Shown piece after piece: positions 16,907 to 27,534 of a stretch of 38,004 bases of DNA; positions within the stretch are counted from its first letter, which is position 1; each line of letters begins with the position of its first letter. Position numbers and translations under genes: made by a program. Source of the DNA: a virus (lineage: Duplodnaviria > Caudoviricetes); the IMG/VR virus record IMGVR_UViG_3300022307_000006, positions 1-38,004 of that record; one strand, given 5' to 3'. The notes under the pieces were generated by a model. That model made no database searches, was not told the origin of the DNA, and saw nothing but the letters and a program-made list of their open reading frames with translations.

Positions 16907-18482
16907 ATGTTATGCTTCCAAGTTTTGCTAATTCACCAGCACCTAACGAATATGAAGCTAAAAACACACCAGCTGTAATTCCAATACCAATACCAGAACA
17001 GCTTGCACCATAACTATCGAGTACGTCTTGTACAACTTTTGAAATAAGAGGATCTGTAATTTGATCGGCTTGACTCGCTTGTGAATCAAGACCTTGAATA
17101 TATGGCGTAGCATTTCTGAGATATTCATCTATATCATTATCGAGATCTGTTTTTGCTTGTGCTTCTAATTCAGATACAATATCTAAACCACGAATTTCAA
17201 TATAAATCTGTGTACGAATAATAGGTTCAACAAACAGATTATCATCCACCAAACCTAAGCTAGGTCGTGCTATATTGGTTGTTTGATCTTCAGTAAGATA
17301 GTCTCTAACATCTGAAAGTAAAGCAGAAGTAGGAATACCGTCTGCCTGAATACTGCTATCACATTCACAGTATACTGTTACATGTCCAGGATATTCAATC
17401 TGTAAAATTTCAAAATCATCAAACTCACAATAGCCTGATCCAGTACATAGAGATATTAATCTAATCCTATCATCGTCGTTTACATCTTCACCAACCAATA
17501 CTGTAATATCAATTTCTTGCCAAACAGAACTTACAGTACCCGTCCAAATTGTATGCTCACCACATTGTACACGTGGATATGCAGTTCCATCACCGCGAGC
17601 CCATCCAGTAATTTGATATTTATTATAAAGTACAAACCAATCATTTTGATAAGCATACGGGTTGTTTGTACCATTATAAGCTACTCTAAGAACTTGCGTA
17701 CCCTCATGAGGTGTTCCAGTTTGTTTTGATAACGTAGCATTATTCCCAACCGTCCAAACAGACGTTCCAGATTCTTCCATATCTAAATCTAGATCCTCAT
17801 AAAAAACGCTTTGTCTTATTGGTGTACCCGAATAAGGAAAAATTCGAGTTATACTTAATGTTTCTTGACCCCAATTTCTAAAGTCCGCTGAGTTACTACC
17901 GCCACCAGTAGTCTGAACTTCATCTAAGACCTGTCTACGATATACCTCTATATCTTCATCGTCAACCCCTTCTGTTGAGATAGACGCAACTATAGCAGAA
18001 TTATCAATACCTGTTATCGGACTAGACAAAGTAAGAGTGTCAGAAATAGCCAATTCACCATCGATACCTGCTGTATAACATGTTACAGTAGGACTAGCAG
18101 TACCACCAGATATGGTCACAAGTGTTTGTGTGTAATACCGTAAACCGTTTGAGTCACCTATAAACACCGTACCAGCAGGGAGGTCTATTCCATTAGTACC
18201 AGTACACGTCAACACCATTTCACAGGCAATTGCTCCTTGATATGTTACACCATATTCATCACCAAGTCGCTTAAGATCAACACCTGTAGCCGTCAAAATT
18301 AAATTTTGAAGCTGTCTCTCTGCTGAAAGTTTATAAAGTCCTACAGTTAATAAAGCCTGAACATGACCTAAAACCCGAACAAAAGCTTTTGGAGTTAATG
18401 GCGCATCTTGCCCAAGAGAGGTTTCATAGTGTGAAACAGCTATATCAACTAAATCTTGAAAAGTTGGAATTGTTAAACTCAT
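16899..18482 (-). CDS. Baseplate J-like protein (Mu gp47-like) with inserted carbohydrate-binding module
   Basis: TATGVDLKRLG, GVDDEDIEVYR, GGSNSADFRNW and PGHVTVY; ATG 18482 overlaps the upstream stop. Confidence 0.9.
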   Translation of the reverse strand: MSLTIPTFQDLVDIAVSHYETSLGQDAPLTPKAFVRVLGHVQALLTVGLYKLSAERQLQNLILTATGVDLKRLGDEYGVTYQGAIACEMVLTCTGTNGIDLPAGTVFIGDSNGLRYYTQTLVTISGGTASPTVTCYTAGIDGELAISDTLTLSSPITGIDNSAIVASISTEGVDDEDIEVYRRQVLDEVQTTGGGSNSADFRNWGQETLSITRIFPYSGTPIRQSVFYEDLDLDMEESGTSVWTVGNNATLSKQTGTPHEGTQVLRVAYNGTNNPYAYQNDWFVLYNKYQITGWARGDGTAYPRVQCGEHTIWTGTVSSVWQEIDITVLVGEDVNDDDRIRLISLCTGSGYCEFDDFEILQIEYPGHVTVYCECDSSIQADGIPTSALLSDVRDYLTEDQTTNIARPSLGLVDDNLFVEPIIRTQIYIEIRGLDIVSELEAQAKTDLDNDIDEYLRNATPYIQGLDSQASQADQITDPLISKVVQDVLDSYGASCSGIGIGITAGVFLASYSLGAGELAKLGSITYV

Positions 18483-18922
18483 AATTTTGTTACCTCTTCT
18501 AGCTGTATCTTCCAATTCAAACCATATTTTGTCGCTAGAATAGCAATTGCTGTTTTTCCTGGTGGTTTAATTAATATTAAAACCTGAATGACAGTACCGT
18601 TGGGATTTTTAAGTCTAACATCAACTTCTGACACAAGTTTTTCGTCAATCATCCACTGCAAATCTTTAAGAGCAATACTTCTTGCTTTGTTTAGATTTGA
18701 AATTGTTATCGGATTGGTCTGAAGAAAACCTATAAACTCTGATCCAACATGTTCTATGTCTTCTTCCATAATTACATTCATAAACCACGGTTCACAGAAT
18801 AGGGATAAAATAACACTGTTTGTAAGACCATTATCAAGTTTAGGTTGTCCACCTAAAACAATAATATCTAAACCATTACCATTAGAATTAAGGAGCGGAT
18901 CACCCTGATAAATACTTGTCAT
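18479..18922 (-). CDS. Baseplate protein, Mu gp46-like
   Basis: GLTNSVILSLF, GS and ALKDLQWMIDEK motifs; synteny. Confidence 0.8.
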   Translation of the reverse strand: MTSIYQGDPLLNSNGNGLDIIVLGGQPKLDNGLTNSVILSLFCEPWFMNVIMEEDIEHVGSEFIGFLQTNPITISNLNKARSIALKDLQWMIDEKLVSEVDVRLKNPNGTVIQVLILIKPPGKTAIAILATKYGLNWKIQLEEVTKL

Positions 18923-19536
18923 GGCACTAATACCGTTTCTACTTTTGCACTAGACATATCTGCAGATGACGACGTACCTGTTGATGTCGTTGGTGAAGTT
19001 GGTGTAGTCGAACCAGGAGGACCAGGTAAATATGGATGAGTATGAGAATTATAAGTAGTAATAAATGTATTCAAATCAGACAGCAGAGTATCAAAAGCAG
19101 ATTTCATTGCCGTAAATTGTGTAACCCAATCTGACCCATCATTATTAACTATATTACCACTCGCTGTTAATTCGATGGAACCTGACCCATTATCTAACCT
19201 AATACTACCATCACCGTTCAAATAAATCCAAGCAACTACATTATTATCACTATCTACAGCATATATTTTCTTTTCACCACGTTCTAACGTTTCATCAATA
19301 TCAACAAGATCGTTTATTGCAATTGCTAGTTTCCAAGTTTGATTAAGATCTAACACTAAAACAGTTGTATCATCTAAAGGACTAGATTGTTCTCCGTTCT
19401 GATTAATATACTCAACAGATTGTACGTCTTCGGCTTCTGATAATTCAACAGACAACATTCTAGAATCTTTATCACTATCTAGATTTTCAACTATCTCTGA
19501 ACCAACGACTGTCCCTATATGTACGTTTATTGCCAC
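18919..19536 (-). CDS. Baseplate central spike (gpV/Mu gp45-like)
   Basis: LERGEKKIY, beta-helix strands, HTH metal-binding tip motif; synteny. Confidence 0.8.
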   Translation of the reverse strand: MAINVHIGTVVGSEIVENLDSDKDSRMLSVELSEAEDVQSVEYINQNGEQSSPLDDTTVLVLDLNQTWKLAIAINDLVDIDETLERGEKKIYAVDSDNNVVAWIYLNGDGSIRLDNGSGSIELTASGNIVNNDGSDWVTQFTAMKSAFDTLLSDLNTFITTYNSHTHPYLPGPPGSTTPTSPTTSTGTSSSADMSSAKVETVLVP

Positions 19537-20715
19537 TTAAAAAACCTTATCAATACTTAAACTATCTAAAAGACCGCCATTATCGTCACTAAAAACATAA
19601 GGTATTTCTTCACCGGTATACGCTTGTGGTGGGGTTAATACTAATGCGCAACTTGCACCGTTATTATCAAGAGTATATTCTACTTCTTTTATAAGAAATT
19701 TAAAACCTTTCCCTAGCCAAATATCTTCGTTTTCTAACATAACTAAAGTATTTTCACGATATAGATTACTACTGCCTTGTGGACGCCACCCGATCCTAGG
19801 TATTCTAATGGTTAATGCTTCTGCCCATTTTTTTGATCGTTGCCATTCAGCAGTTTTATTTACCTCGTCCATATTAACATTATCTGCTCTATATGTTGTT
19901 TGTCTGCTTATTGGAACTATAGAATCATCATAGGCTTCTGCAATTTTTGTTAGCTGTACGGTCTTATAGTTTCCGCCGGGCTTTTTTCTTATTCTCTTTT
20001 TTAGTTTTTCTGTTTTCTTAACTCTTATAGGAGTTGTAGAAATAACCCGATAAATAGCAAACAATTCACGTCCATTATATTTTGCACTTATGTTTGTTAC
20101 ATCTTTTATTGTCTCTACAGGTTTACTTGAAGTATTTGCTTTTGTAAAAAGAACTTCGCCCTTTTCGTTTGAAGTAATTAAAATTCCAAATTGTGCTGCA
20201 AGTTCATTAAGAAAATTAAAAATGGTTTGTTGTTTATCTATACAGACCCTATCAAAAAATTGAGCACCAAGACTCTCATCGAAATTCACAACAAGACCTA
20301 GATTACTTATTAGTTCTTCGGCAAGTTGTTGAAGACTTATTTCTTTAAACTCATATGGTGGATATCTAACACTATCTATAATATCACAAGCTGAACTGTA
20401 AATCCCAACAGTAAGTGTTTTTTCTTCAGATGTTATTTGTGGTACAATTGAATAAAGAATACCAGTAATAACAAGTTCACCACCAAGATAGACTTTTGCT
20501 TCTTCATATCCAAAAGGCGTTATAAGCTCTTTTATTTTATCATTTAATATTATAGTTGCGCTACACCCATCAGCACAATTATCAATACTTCTAAAAACCC
20601 GGCCGCTCACAACAGGTATTTCTTCACCATTTAAAACAAGAGTGAAGTCTTTCTCGTCTTTTCCATCTAAAAAAGATCCTACTAAACTAGATAGTTTTTT
20701 TATTTCATCAAACAT
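19537..20715 (-). CDS. Baseplate hub protein (Mu gp44/gpP-like)
   Basis: RSID, VITG, TIFNFL...GILITSNEKGEVLF, GWR; synteny. Confidence 0.85.
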   Translation of the reverse strand: MFDEIKKLSSLVGSFLDGKDEKDFTLVLNGEEIPVVSGRVFRSIDNCADGCSATIILNDKIKELITPFGYEEAKVYLGGELVITGILYSIVPQITSEEKTLTVGIYSSACDIIDSVRYPPYEFKEISLQQLAEELISNLGLVVNFDESLGAQFFDRVCIDKQQTIFNFLNELAAQFGILITSNEKGEVLFTKANTSSKPVETIKDVTNISAKYNGRELFAIYRVISTTPIRVKKTEKLKKRIRKKPGGNYKTVQLTKIAEAYDDSIVPISRQTTYRADNVNMDEVNKTAEWQRSKKWAEALTIRIPRIGWRPQGSSNLYRENTLVMLENEDIWLGKGFKFLIKEVEYTLDNNGASCALVLTPPQAYTGEEIPYVFSDDNGGLLDSLSIDKVF

Positions 20716-22085
20716 TACACGTTTACACGGATTTCTTTACCTGCTGGCAACCAAATAATTTCTGAACTTTTTAATTGATTAAGCCCTATTAACTCATCAT
20801 ATTTATCTAAAGTACTATATTCACTAATACAGAATTCTGCTGTTACCCTAGGTTGAGTAAGTGTAATGGTTTTTTCAATTTTTAGATCTCCTACTAAAGA
20901 CTGCATATATTTTAAAGTAAGCGCAACCAAAGTAACAATATCTGTATAAACAGCACTGTTTGAAAAATACTGATTTTCTATCAGAGCAGTTTCTTGGTTT
21001 TCTTGTTGTGTATCATAAGCAACAGTCATTTCAGAAAAAGCATTTATTAATTGTTGTGATAAGTCTAATGCTTGTGATCTACTAGTAATGTCGTTTGCCG
21101 TAAGAAGTATTTGAGAAAAAGCCACAATAGAAGATATGCTTACTAGCTCGGCCGTCGCAATGTTATTTTTCTTTTCTTTATCGGTTGACCACGTTTTAGT
21201 AATTGATCCACCAACTATGCCTTGTGACGGTGTATTCTCACCAGGTAATAAAGAAATTAAACTAGATCGTAATTCAGCATATTTTGTTATCCGCTTTTTT
21301 GTATCTCTACTTGCTAACAAAGGCAGATTTATTAAATTCTGTAATTGTCCTGCTAATTCTGACAAAGGTAAAAGAACAGCGTCTATAGATCCCTGTATAC
21401 CTAATTTAACAGAAGTAATAGCAGAAGAAACTAAATTCTCTACCGCAAACACTGGACTAAGAATGAAATCAACTACATTCCCAATACCGTCAACGGTGTT
21501 TTCTATAACCGATCGAAGTGCTCGGCTTGTTTGATCACATGCTGCTACAAACTGCTCAATAGAATTAAGCTGTACAAGCGAGCACTGACCGTCAACAAGG
21601 CCAGCCATTTCCCTAGAAGTAAGAAGCTTGTCTTCGTCAATCGATTCAATCCACTCGGTTGAAACCTCTGTATAACCCCCCTCAGCCGATAGACTTGACT
21701 CACGTATTGAAATAAGCTGTAATCCAAGATAACCATAGATAGGATGTATCACAGCCCATTGACCAGTTTCTCGCGCTGCTATAGCATAAAAATCCCTCGC
21801 AAATAAATCATTATTTTCATAATCAATAAACCTGAACGTAATCGAAAACCGGTTAGAAGACGATTTAAGATCTTGCGCGACAGTACCTTGAATATTTGGA
21901 TAATCAAATAAACCTACTTTTTTATCTGTTCCTTTTGTACTATCAATCCATCTTGCAGAAAATTCAGTGCTTGTTTCTGGACTTGTTAAAGTAATAGTTG
22001 CATCGCCTATGCGCTCTTTCCAATTGTCACCTTCTTGGAAAAATGCATCTACAATACCCGATCCTATTTCTTCAAAAATTCCCAT
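20715..22085 (-). CDS. Mu gpN-like DNA circularisation/tail-tip protein
   Basis: DYPNIQGTVAQDL, IHPIYG and a C-terminal LysM-like LNQL...LPAG; follows the tape measure gene. Confidence 0.8.
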   Translation of the reverse strand: MGIFEEIGSGIVDAFFQEGDNWKERIGDATITLTSPETSTEFSARWIDSTKGTDKKVGLFDYPNIQGTVAQDLKSSSNRFSITFRFIDYENNDLFARDFYAIAARETGQWAVIHPIYGYLGLQLISIRESSLSAEGGYTEVSTEWIESIDEDKLLTSREMAGLVDGQCSLVQLNSIEQFVAACDQTSRALRSVIENTVDGIGNVVDFILSPVFAVENLVSSAITSVKLGIQGSIDAVLLPLSELAGQLQNLINLPLLASRDTKKRITKYAELRSSLISLLPGENTPSQGIVGGSITKTWSTDKEKKNNIATAELVSISSIVAFSQILLTANDITSRSQALDLSQQLINAFSEMTVAYDTQQENQETALIENQYFSNSAVYTDIVTLVALTLKYMQSLVGDLKIEKTITLTQPRVTAEFCISEYSTLDKYDELIGLNQLKSSEIIWLPAGKEIRVNV

Positions 22086-22091
22086 TTCGGT

Positions 22092-23993
22092 TTATTGATT
22101 CTTTCCCAGATTATGCTGTATAGGTGGTGCGCCTTTTGTAGACTGTTTAAATGTCATACCTTGTGGCGGATTCTTGAAATTAAATTCACCGCTTATTTGA
22201 ACTTTCTGTGTAGCAGCAGATTCAGCGCTTACTTTTGGAGTAGATCCAAGGAGTATGTTTGGTAAAGCTTTTTCTGACACTTTTAATTTAACAGATGACA
22301 ACATATCTAAACGTCTTGTAATAACACGTTGCAGTCCTTTTTCTGTTGTTGGTAGTTTTGTTTTTGTACCTAAAAGATATCCTGGTTCGTTTACTTGCTT
22401 TTTTATTTCCGCTTCATCACGACGATCTCTTTCACGTTGTATCTCAGCTTTTGATCTAGGTTGAATTGCTGAAAGTCCTAACATACTTGAAATAATAGGA
22501 TGATCCCTCACAAAATCTTCTATAGCCCAATTAATATCCTGTAAGTCTCTCTTTACCGCTGCTGTCATTGAATCCCAATTTTTAGCCCAAACAGTTGTTA
22601 CAGTTGTTAATGTTACAATAGATGCAATTAAAAGACCTAATGGATTTGCAAATATAGCAGCATTAAAAGCCCATTGTGCAACAGTAACAGCTTTTATGAT
22701 TACATTATAAGCAAGAATAGCAATACCAATGCCTTCAATCATTCTCTTATTTTTTTCAATAACACTCCACATATCTCTTAAATCAGAAACTATTTTTGAA
22801 GGATCTATGCTATCTAGTGAATCTTGAAATGAGTCTAGTGCGCCTGGAATTTGATCACTGAACATGTCTATGACTTGAAAACCAACTTCAATTAAACGAG
22901 ATCGCATTATTTTAAGTTTATTTGGTATAGAATCACCCATACGTCTTGCAAGATCTGCAGCGGCACCCGATGCACCTTCAAGTCTTTTTTGATAAGCACC
23001 TATTTCTTCTTTCCCGGCTTTCATTAGTATAGTAGCTGAATTAACAGCACGAGCACCAAACAAATGACTATATGCTGCTTGTCTGGCTTTATCTCCTAAT
23101 TTAATTGTCTTTTTTCTAACATCGTCCAATATATTTGTCATTGGACGCATTTTCCCTGTGCTATCCTCTATAGTAATATTATATTTTTTTAAAACCTTTT
23201 CAACTTCAGATGTTCCAGAAGTTAATCTTAAATACATGTTTCTTAATGCTGTACCGGCTTGTTCCGCTTTTTGTCCGCGTCCAGCAAGTATACCAAACAG
23301 CGCACCTAATTCTTCAAGTGATCCGCCCACTTCTGTAGCTGTTGATGCTACTGGTTTTAACGACTCCCATAACATAGGGACGTTTGTATTTGCTGAATTT
23401 GCAACAGCTGCCAAGACATTGTTTACACGATCAAGATTACTGACAAGTTGTTTTGAATCACTAGACATAAGATTCAATGCACCTAATGCGTCACTAGCAA
23501 TATCAGAAGCCTGTGCAAGATCCATATCACCAGCTATCGCGAGATCCGTAACGCCCTTTAAACTTGCCATAGACTGTTGTGCTGTGAAACCAGCCATAGC
23601 AAGATAATTTAGTGCTTCTGCAGATTGTGCCGCACTGTAAGGAGTTATTGCAGCAACTTCTCTAGATGCTTTTGCAAGTTCGTTAAACTGTCTTGTACCT
23701 CTATCAAATTTAAATTTTGACGCAGCGCTTGTGATAGCGTGATCAAAACCTAAAAATTCTTCCGTAAGACTAGAAATACCTTGCCGTAACCTACCCAAAC
23801 CTGCAGTAATTAAGTTTGCACCAAGTACACCACCAAGAATAGTTTTAAGCTTTGTAGCACTTACAATTGCACGCCTAAAACTACTTTCAGAACGTTGACC
23901 GAACAAATTCATACGATTTGTCAACATTCCTACTTTAGAAGACATTTGATCGTGAGCTTTAAAAACAGTATCTATAACATAAGTATCAGCCAT
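22092..23993 (-). CDS. Tail tape measure protein (TP901-like core)
   Basis: TPYSAAQSAEALNYLAMAG, AGTALRN and ANPLGL motifs; Ala-rich helical sequence. Confidence 0.95.
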   Translation of the reverse strand: MADTYVIDTVFKAHDQMSSKVGMLTNRMNLFGQRSESSFRRAIVSATKLKTILGGVLGANLITAGLGRLRQGISSLTEEFLGFDHAITSAASKFKFDRGTRQFNELAKASREVAAITPYSAAQSAEALNYLAMAGFTAQQSMASLKGVTDLAIAGDMDLAQASDIASDALGALNLMSSDSKQLVSNLDRVNNVLAAVANSANTNVPMLWESLKPVASTATEVGGSLEELGALFGILAGRGQKAEQAGTALRNMYLRLTSGTSEVEKVLKKYNITIEDSTGKMRPMTNILDDVRKKTIKLGDKARQAAYSHLFGARAVNSATILMKAGKEEIGAYQKRLEGASGAAADLARRMGDSIPNKLKIMRSRLIEVGFQVIDMFSDQIPGALDSFQDSLDSIDPSKIVSDLRDMWSVIEKNKRMIEGIGIAILAYNVIIKAVTVAQWAFNAAIFANPLGLLIASIVTLTTVTTVWAKNWDSMTAAVKRDLQDINWAIEDFVRDHPIISSMLGLSAIQPRSKAEIQRERDRRDEAEIKKQVNEPGYLLGTKTKLPTTEKGLQRVITRRLDMLSSVKLKVSEKALPNILLGSTPKVSAESAATQKVQISGEFNFKNPPQGMTFKQSTKGAPPIQHNLGKNQ

Positions 23994-23995
23994 TT

Positions 23996-24148
23996 TTATT
24001 TTGGTTTCTCTGCTTCAAACAAAACACAATGCATACGATCCCAATATTTTAGACGTGTATATGTTGCTTTTTCAATACTGTCTATGTTTTGTTGTCTCAA
24101 ATATTGATTAAACATCCATTGATCAAGATTACCTAACCCGCTAAAAAA
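23996..24148 (-). CDS. -1 frameshift extension of the tail assembly chaperone (gpGT/E+E'-like)
   Basis: Slippery T TTT TTA at 24148-24142; the -1 frame stays open for 48 codons to TAA 23998-23996, 2 nt before the tape measure ATG. Confidence 0.8.
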   Translation of the reverse strand, partial: FFSGLGNLDQWMFNQYLRQQNIDSIEKATYTRLKYWDRMHCVLFEAEKPK

Positions 24149-24534
24149 ATCAAACCAAGATACTCAGCAATTGTTAAATCAACACCAGAAATCTTCTGGA
24201 TTTGTTCTGGTTTCTTTTTTGCCAAAAATCCAAGTAAAGCATAAAGGCGCTCATGTTGACCTTTAAACCTTTCCATCTGTACTTTAGCCATACCAGTAAT
24301 TTCATGGTATTTAAATTCTGTACCGTCTTTTATTGTTTGTATAACCAACAATTCATCTGCTGTTTGTGTTATTTCTAATTTGCCTTCTAGAATAGCTTTT
24401 ATTAATTTTAATTCAACAACGGCTTGCAGTTTACCGTTATCTAAAATACTAAGATCTACATCATAATGATCTAAAAGCAGATCTAATTGTTCTTTTGCAC
24501 TTACTTCTGAAATTTCTGTAACCATGTCTGTCAT
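24133..24534 (-). CDS. Tail assembly chaperone
   Basis: Lies between tube and tape measure; AAGGAG RBS; slippery site at the 3' end. Confidence 0.85.
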   Translation of the reverse strand: MTDMVTEISEVSAKEQLDLLLDHYDVDLSILDNGKLQAVVELKLIKAILEGKLEITQTADELLVIQTIKDGTEFKYHEITGMAKVQMERFKGQHERLYALLGFLAKKKPEQIQKISGVDLTIAEYLGLIFLAG

Positions 24535-24558
24535 TTTTTATTGCTCCTTGGCTGTTTT

Positions 24559-24930
24559 TTACGCCGCTGAAATATCCCATTTAGTCCGACAATAAACCGA
24601 AATAGAAACTGTACCATTTGCTGTGCTAACTTCGTCAACCTTCAAAAGTCCAACACAACCCCAAACAGACCCATCCCTTAATACCATAAAAAATTCAATC
24701 TGTTCAGCAGAATCCGACCATCCTCTTAAAAACCCTAATTCAGTAGAATCAACTCGTAACATAATGTTTGAAGCACTTGGAACTTTTCTAACCGACTTAA
24801 TACTAGCTGGTCCAGATCCATTTGCTTCGAGTTCATTATCCCACTCATTCATGACAATACTGATATCTGTATCTGTCACCGGTATAAACGATATACCATT
24901 AATATTTACGTCTAATACTGATCCATGCAT
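24559..24930 (-). CDS. Tail tube protein (Mu gpM-like)
   Basis: 123 aa, beta-rich, directly after the sheath; AGGAG RBS. Confidence 0.8.
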   Translation of the reverse strand: MHGSVLDVNINGISFIPVTDTDISIVMNEWDNELEANGSGPASIKSVRKVPSASNIMLRVDSTELGFLRGWSDSAEQIEFFMVLRDGSVWGCVGLLKVDEVSTANGTVSISVYCRTKWDISAA

Positions 24931-24951
24931 GTTTAAATTCTCCTATAAAAA

Positions 24952-26511
24952 TTACGCCGCTGCAAGATTAATATCAAAAGCAACTTGAAGTGTAATAATG
25001 TTTCCAACACCACTCAAAAGACAAGGAAATACAATATCAAAACCATCCGAACTATCTCTGATCGCAATATATCCGCTTTCTTTAAGTAGATCCTTAGTAA
25101 AATCAGAATTATATAACCACCCTTTACCAGCAAAAGCATCTGCCAGTTTGTTTAGTGCTGATCTAACGTTTTCAACGCTTCTTGCTTTTTCTCTGTCTAT
25201 TGCATTTGAAACAAGCGCAATATCCTCAACAATGGTAAAACCTTGCCACTTTGAAGACTCAAATTCTGCACCAACAGAATAAAGAATATTCTGAAGTTTA
25301 GCAATGTTTGCCATTTCACGATAACCGTTCGACGAAACAGGAATTGCAACACTGTGATAAAAAGTAACCACATTAGAAAGCTTTACTGAACCACCTTTTA
25401 CAACGGTCGCAGTAATACCAGCCTTTGTAGCAGTATCCCGATCACTATATGCAGAAGTCCATCTGTCTGCTACGTCGCCCGGAAATACTCCAAGTAATAT
25501 CTGTCCAACATAACCCTCGGACGGCCTAACAGAGGCAATCTGCTCCATTATAGCAACCGTCTTCGCCGCTATTTCGTGTTCTGAGTTTGGTGATCCTGGA
25601 ACAGCCACACAACCAGATGTACGATCTTCCTCTTGTCGGTTTCCGCCTAGTGTAATAAGTGCTGACAAGCCTGCAGATCCGGCCGCTGTGTCACTAACCA
25701 TTGAACGTAAAGGTCTATGAACCAATTGACCCCAATTCCCTGTTGCCACATTTCCTACACCGTTCCAATCGCTTAATGCATCCAGAGAAGTAGTATCTTG
25801 TCCGTTAATATGTACTAGAGCAGTAAAATAGTTTTCGTTCTGATCATCGTCTAAACCAAGTTCATCTAAAACATCTTGCAAGACAGCAAGACCAGCACCG
25901 CTTGACATATTAGTAGGGGTTGCAGTAATCCCGGCCGGTAACTCTTCACCAAAACCAAGATTTAATTCTAACGTAAAATCACCCCATGGACCAGCACTTT
26001 TTGCTGTAAAATCGGCTTGTTCAGCTGTAACGCCGTTCTCGGCTGCTGACACAGGAAGATCTGGATCAGCTGTTACTGCAGCTACAACTTTTTCCTGAAC
26101 ATTTTCACCATCGTCATCAATTGCAATATTAATGCCTTCGATTTTATGTCCACCTACATAAAGATGTAGCTGTCCCGCAGCCGTACAAGTACCGGCAAAC
26201 AAAACATTACCTGTACTTTGTGTAGGCGTAGCGGGCTCAAACATAGGCGCAAGCCACAATTCGCCATCATATTGCGCACGAACCCATTCAAGCATTTTTG
26301 CTGCTGCAGTCCCACGACCAGCTTTATTTGCATGATAGGCTACATTTGTAACAAGTTCAGGTATGTTTTCAGTAAAATTACCTTCATTAGCAGGTAATAC
26401 CGTAGCACAAACCAAAACTTTCCTTGATACGTTTAATGCAGCAGAAGTAAACGGCGTGTTATTAGCACTTATTCCAACACCTGCTGCTAGACTTGAAGCA
26501 TTTATAGTCAT
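24952..26511 (-). CDS. Contractile tail sheath protein (Mu gpL-like)
   Basis: DPDLPVSA, TAKSAGPWG, VVTFYH; 519 aa; synteny. Confidence 0.9.
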   Translation of the reverse strand: MTINASSLAAGVGISANNTPFTSAALNVSRKVLVCATVLPANEGNFTENIPELVTNVAYHANKAGRGTAAAKMLEWVRAQYDGELWLAPMFEPATPTQSTGNVLFAGTCTAAGQLHLYVGGHKIEGINIAIDDDGENVQEKVVAAVTADPDLPVSAAENGVTAEQADFTAKSAGPWGDFTLELNLGFGEELPAGITATPTNMSSGAGLAVLQDVLDELGLDDDQNENYFTALVHINGQDTTSLDALSDWNGVGNVATGNWGQLVHRPLRSMVSDTAAGSAGLSALITLGGNRQEEDRTSGCVAVPGSPNSEHEIAAKTVAIMEQIASVRPSEGYVGQILLGVFPGDVADRWTSAYSDRDTATKAGITATVVKGGSVKLSNVVTFYHSVAIPVSSNGYREMANIAKLQNILYSVGAEFESSKWQGFTIVEDIALVSNAIDREKARSVENVRSALNKLADAFAGKGWLYNSDFTKDLLKESGYIAIRDSSDGFDIVFPCLLSGVGNIITLQVAFDINLAAA

Positions 26512-27134
26512 TCTTTATACACTCCTGTTTGACCGTTAGACGGTTCTTCGTTTACCTTTATGGTTAGATCAATAATATCACCTGCTGTTCCACTATCACC
26601 AACAAATGTCTCTTCTACATCACATTCATAAGTCAGAATAGCCGAACAAATAACACTATTGCCAAAATACATTGGCTCTTCTTTTTTAATGTTAGAAATC
26701 CAACGATTTGCAAAAATTGATTTACTTAATCCAAGAAAAAGATTTCTATTATCTGTTAATACACCAAACACAACATTAATAAAATCATCTAAATTTGTGT
26801 TTGCTAAATTTTTAGAATCTTGTAACGCTGCTAATACTGTAGCACGTTCCCCTTCTGTTGATTCAGAATCTTCAAGAGTCGATAAATTGACTTTAGTATT
26901 TTGTGAAAGTTTTAGATCAATATTAAACTTACAAGAATGGGTTGCTGGTCCAACAAGACCAGATAAATGTTTTGGCAGATCACCTTGAACATAATACACC
27001 GAAACAAGTTTGTTGTTTCCTATAATCTCACTTTGACCAATAGGTAAATCTTGATATCCAATCGTACGATATCTACCAGCAGCACCAGCACCAAGTGCAG
27101 TTACAAGGGCGGTTTGTACAGATTGAAAATTCAT
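26508..27134 (-). CDS. Putative tail completion/neck protein
   Basis: Position before the sheath gene; overlapping start/stop codons. Confidence 0.6.
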   Translation of the reverse strand: MNFQSVQTALVTALGAGAAGRYRTIGYQDLPIGQSEIIGNNKLVSVYYVQGDLPKHLSGLVGPATHSCKFNIDLKLSQNTKVNLSTLEDSESTEGERATVLAALQDSKNLANTNLDDFINVVFGVLTDNRNLFLGLSKSIFANRWISNIKKEEPMYFGNSVICSAILTYECDVEETFVGDSGTAGDIIDLTIKVNEEPSNGQTGVYKE

Positions 27135-27484
27135 TAGCTTTGTTCAGCCTTAGTTAAATACAGCTTTATAAAACCAATTGATCTACCGTGCATTATTGGT
27201 TTATCTAAAACATAAGTAACAAGAGTATCTGTTGTACTTGGATTTTCAGGTATTCGTACTGCCCAATTTTCACCATCAATAGGTACTCTTGTTAATGAAG
27301 ATATTCTAAGCGTAACTACCGGTTTACCTGAAAAATTTTCATTTTCGTCTATTGAATCATAAAGAACTTGTCCCACAAGATCATCATAAACAACACCAGA
27401 AGGATCAATCAACTCAACTGGCAAGCCGAAATCACCTTCAAGTGTTGTTTCAAGATCTAACTCTATTTGTTCTCTTATGTTCAT
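27134..27484 (-). CDS. Putative head-closure/head-tail joining protein
   Basis: 116 aa, beta-rich, directly after the capsid gene. Confidence 0.6.
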   Translation of the reverse strand: MNIREQIELDLETTLEGDFGLPVELIDPSGVVYDDLVGQVLYDSIDENENFSGKPVVTLRISSLTRVPIDGENWAVRIPENPSTTDTLVTYVLDKPIMHGRSIGFIKLYLTKAEQS

Positions 27485-27491
27485 TTAATAA

Positions 27492-27534
27492 TTCCCTGCT
27501 GGTTTTATCCTGTAATGTCCAGGCCAGCAGGGAA
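27492..27534 (-). terminator. Stem-loop after the major capsid gene (attenuator/terminator-like)
   Basis: Perfect 11-bp inverted repeat TTCCCTGCTGG (27492-27502) / CCAGCAGGGAA (27524-27534); only a weak U-tract (TTATT) follows. Confidence 0.6.
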
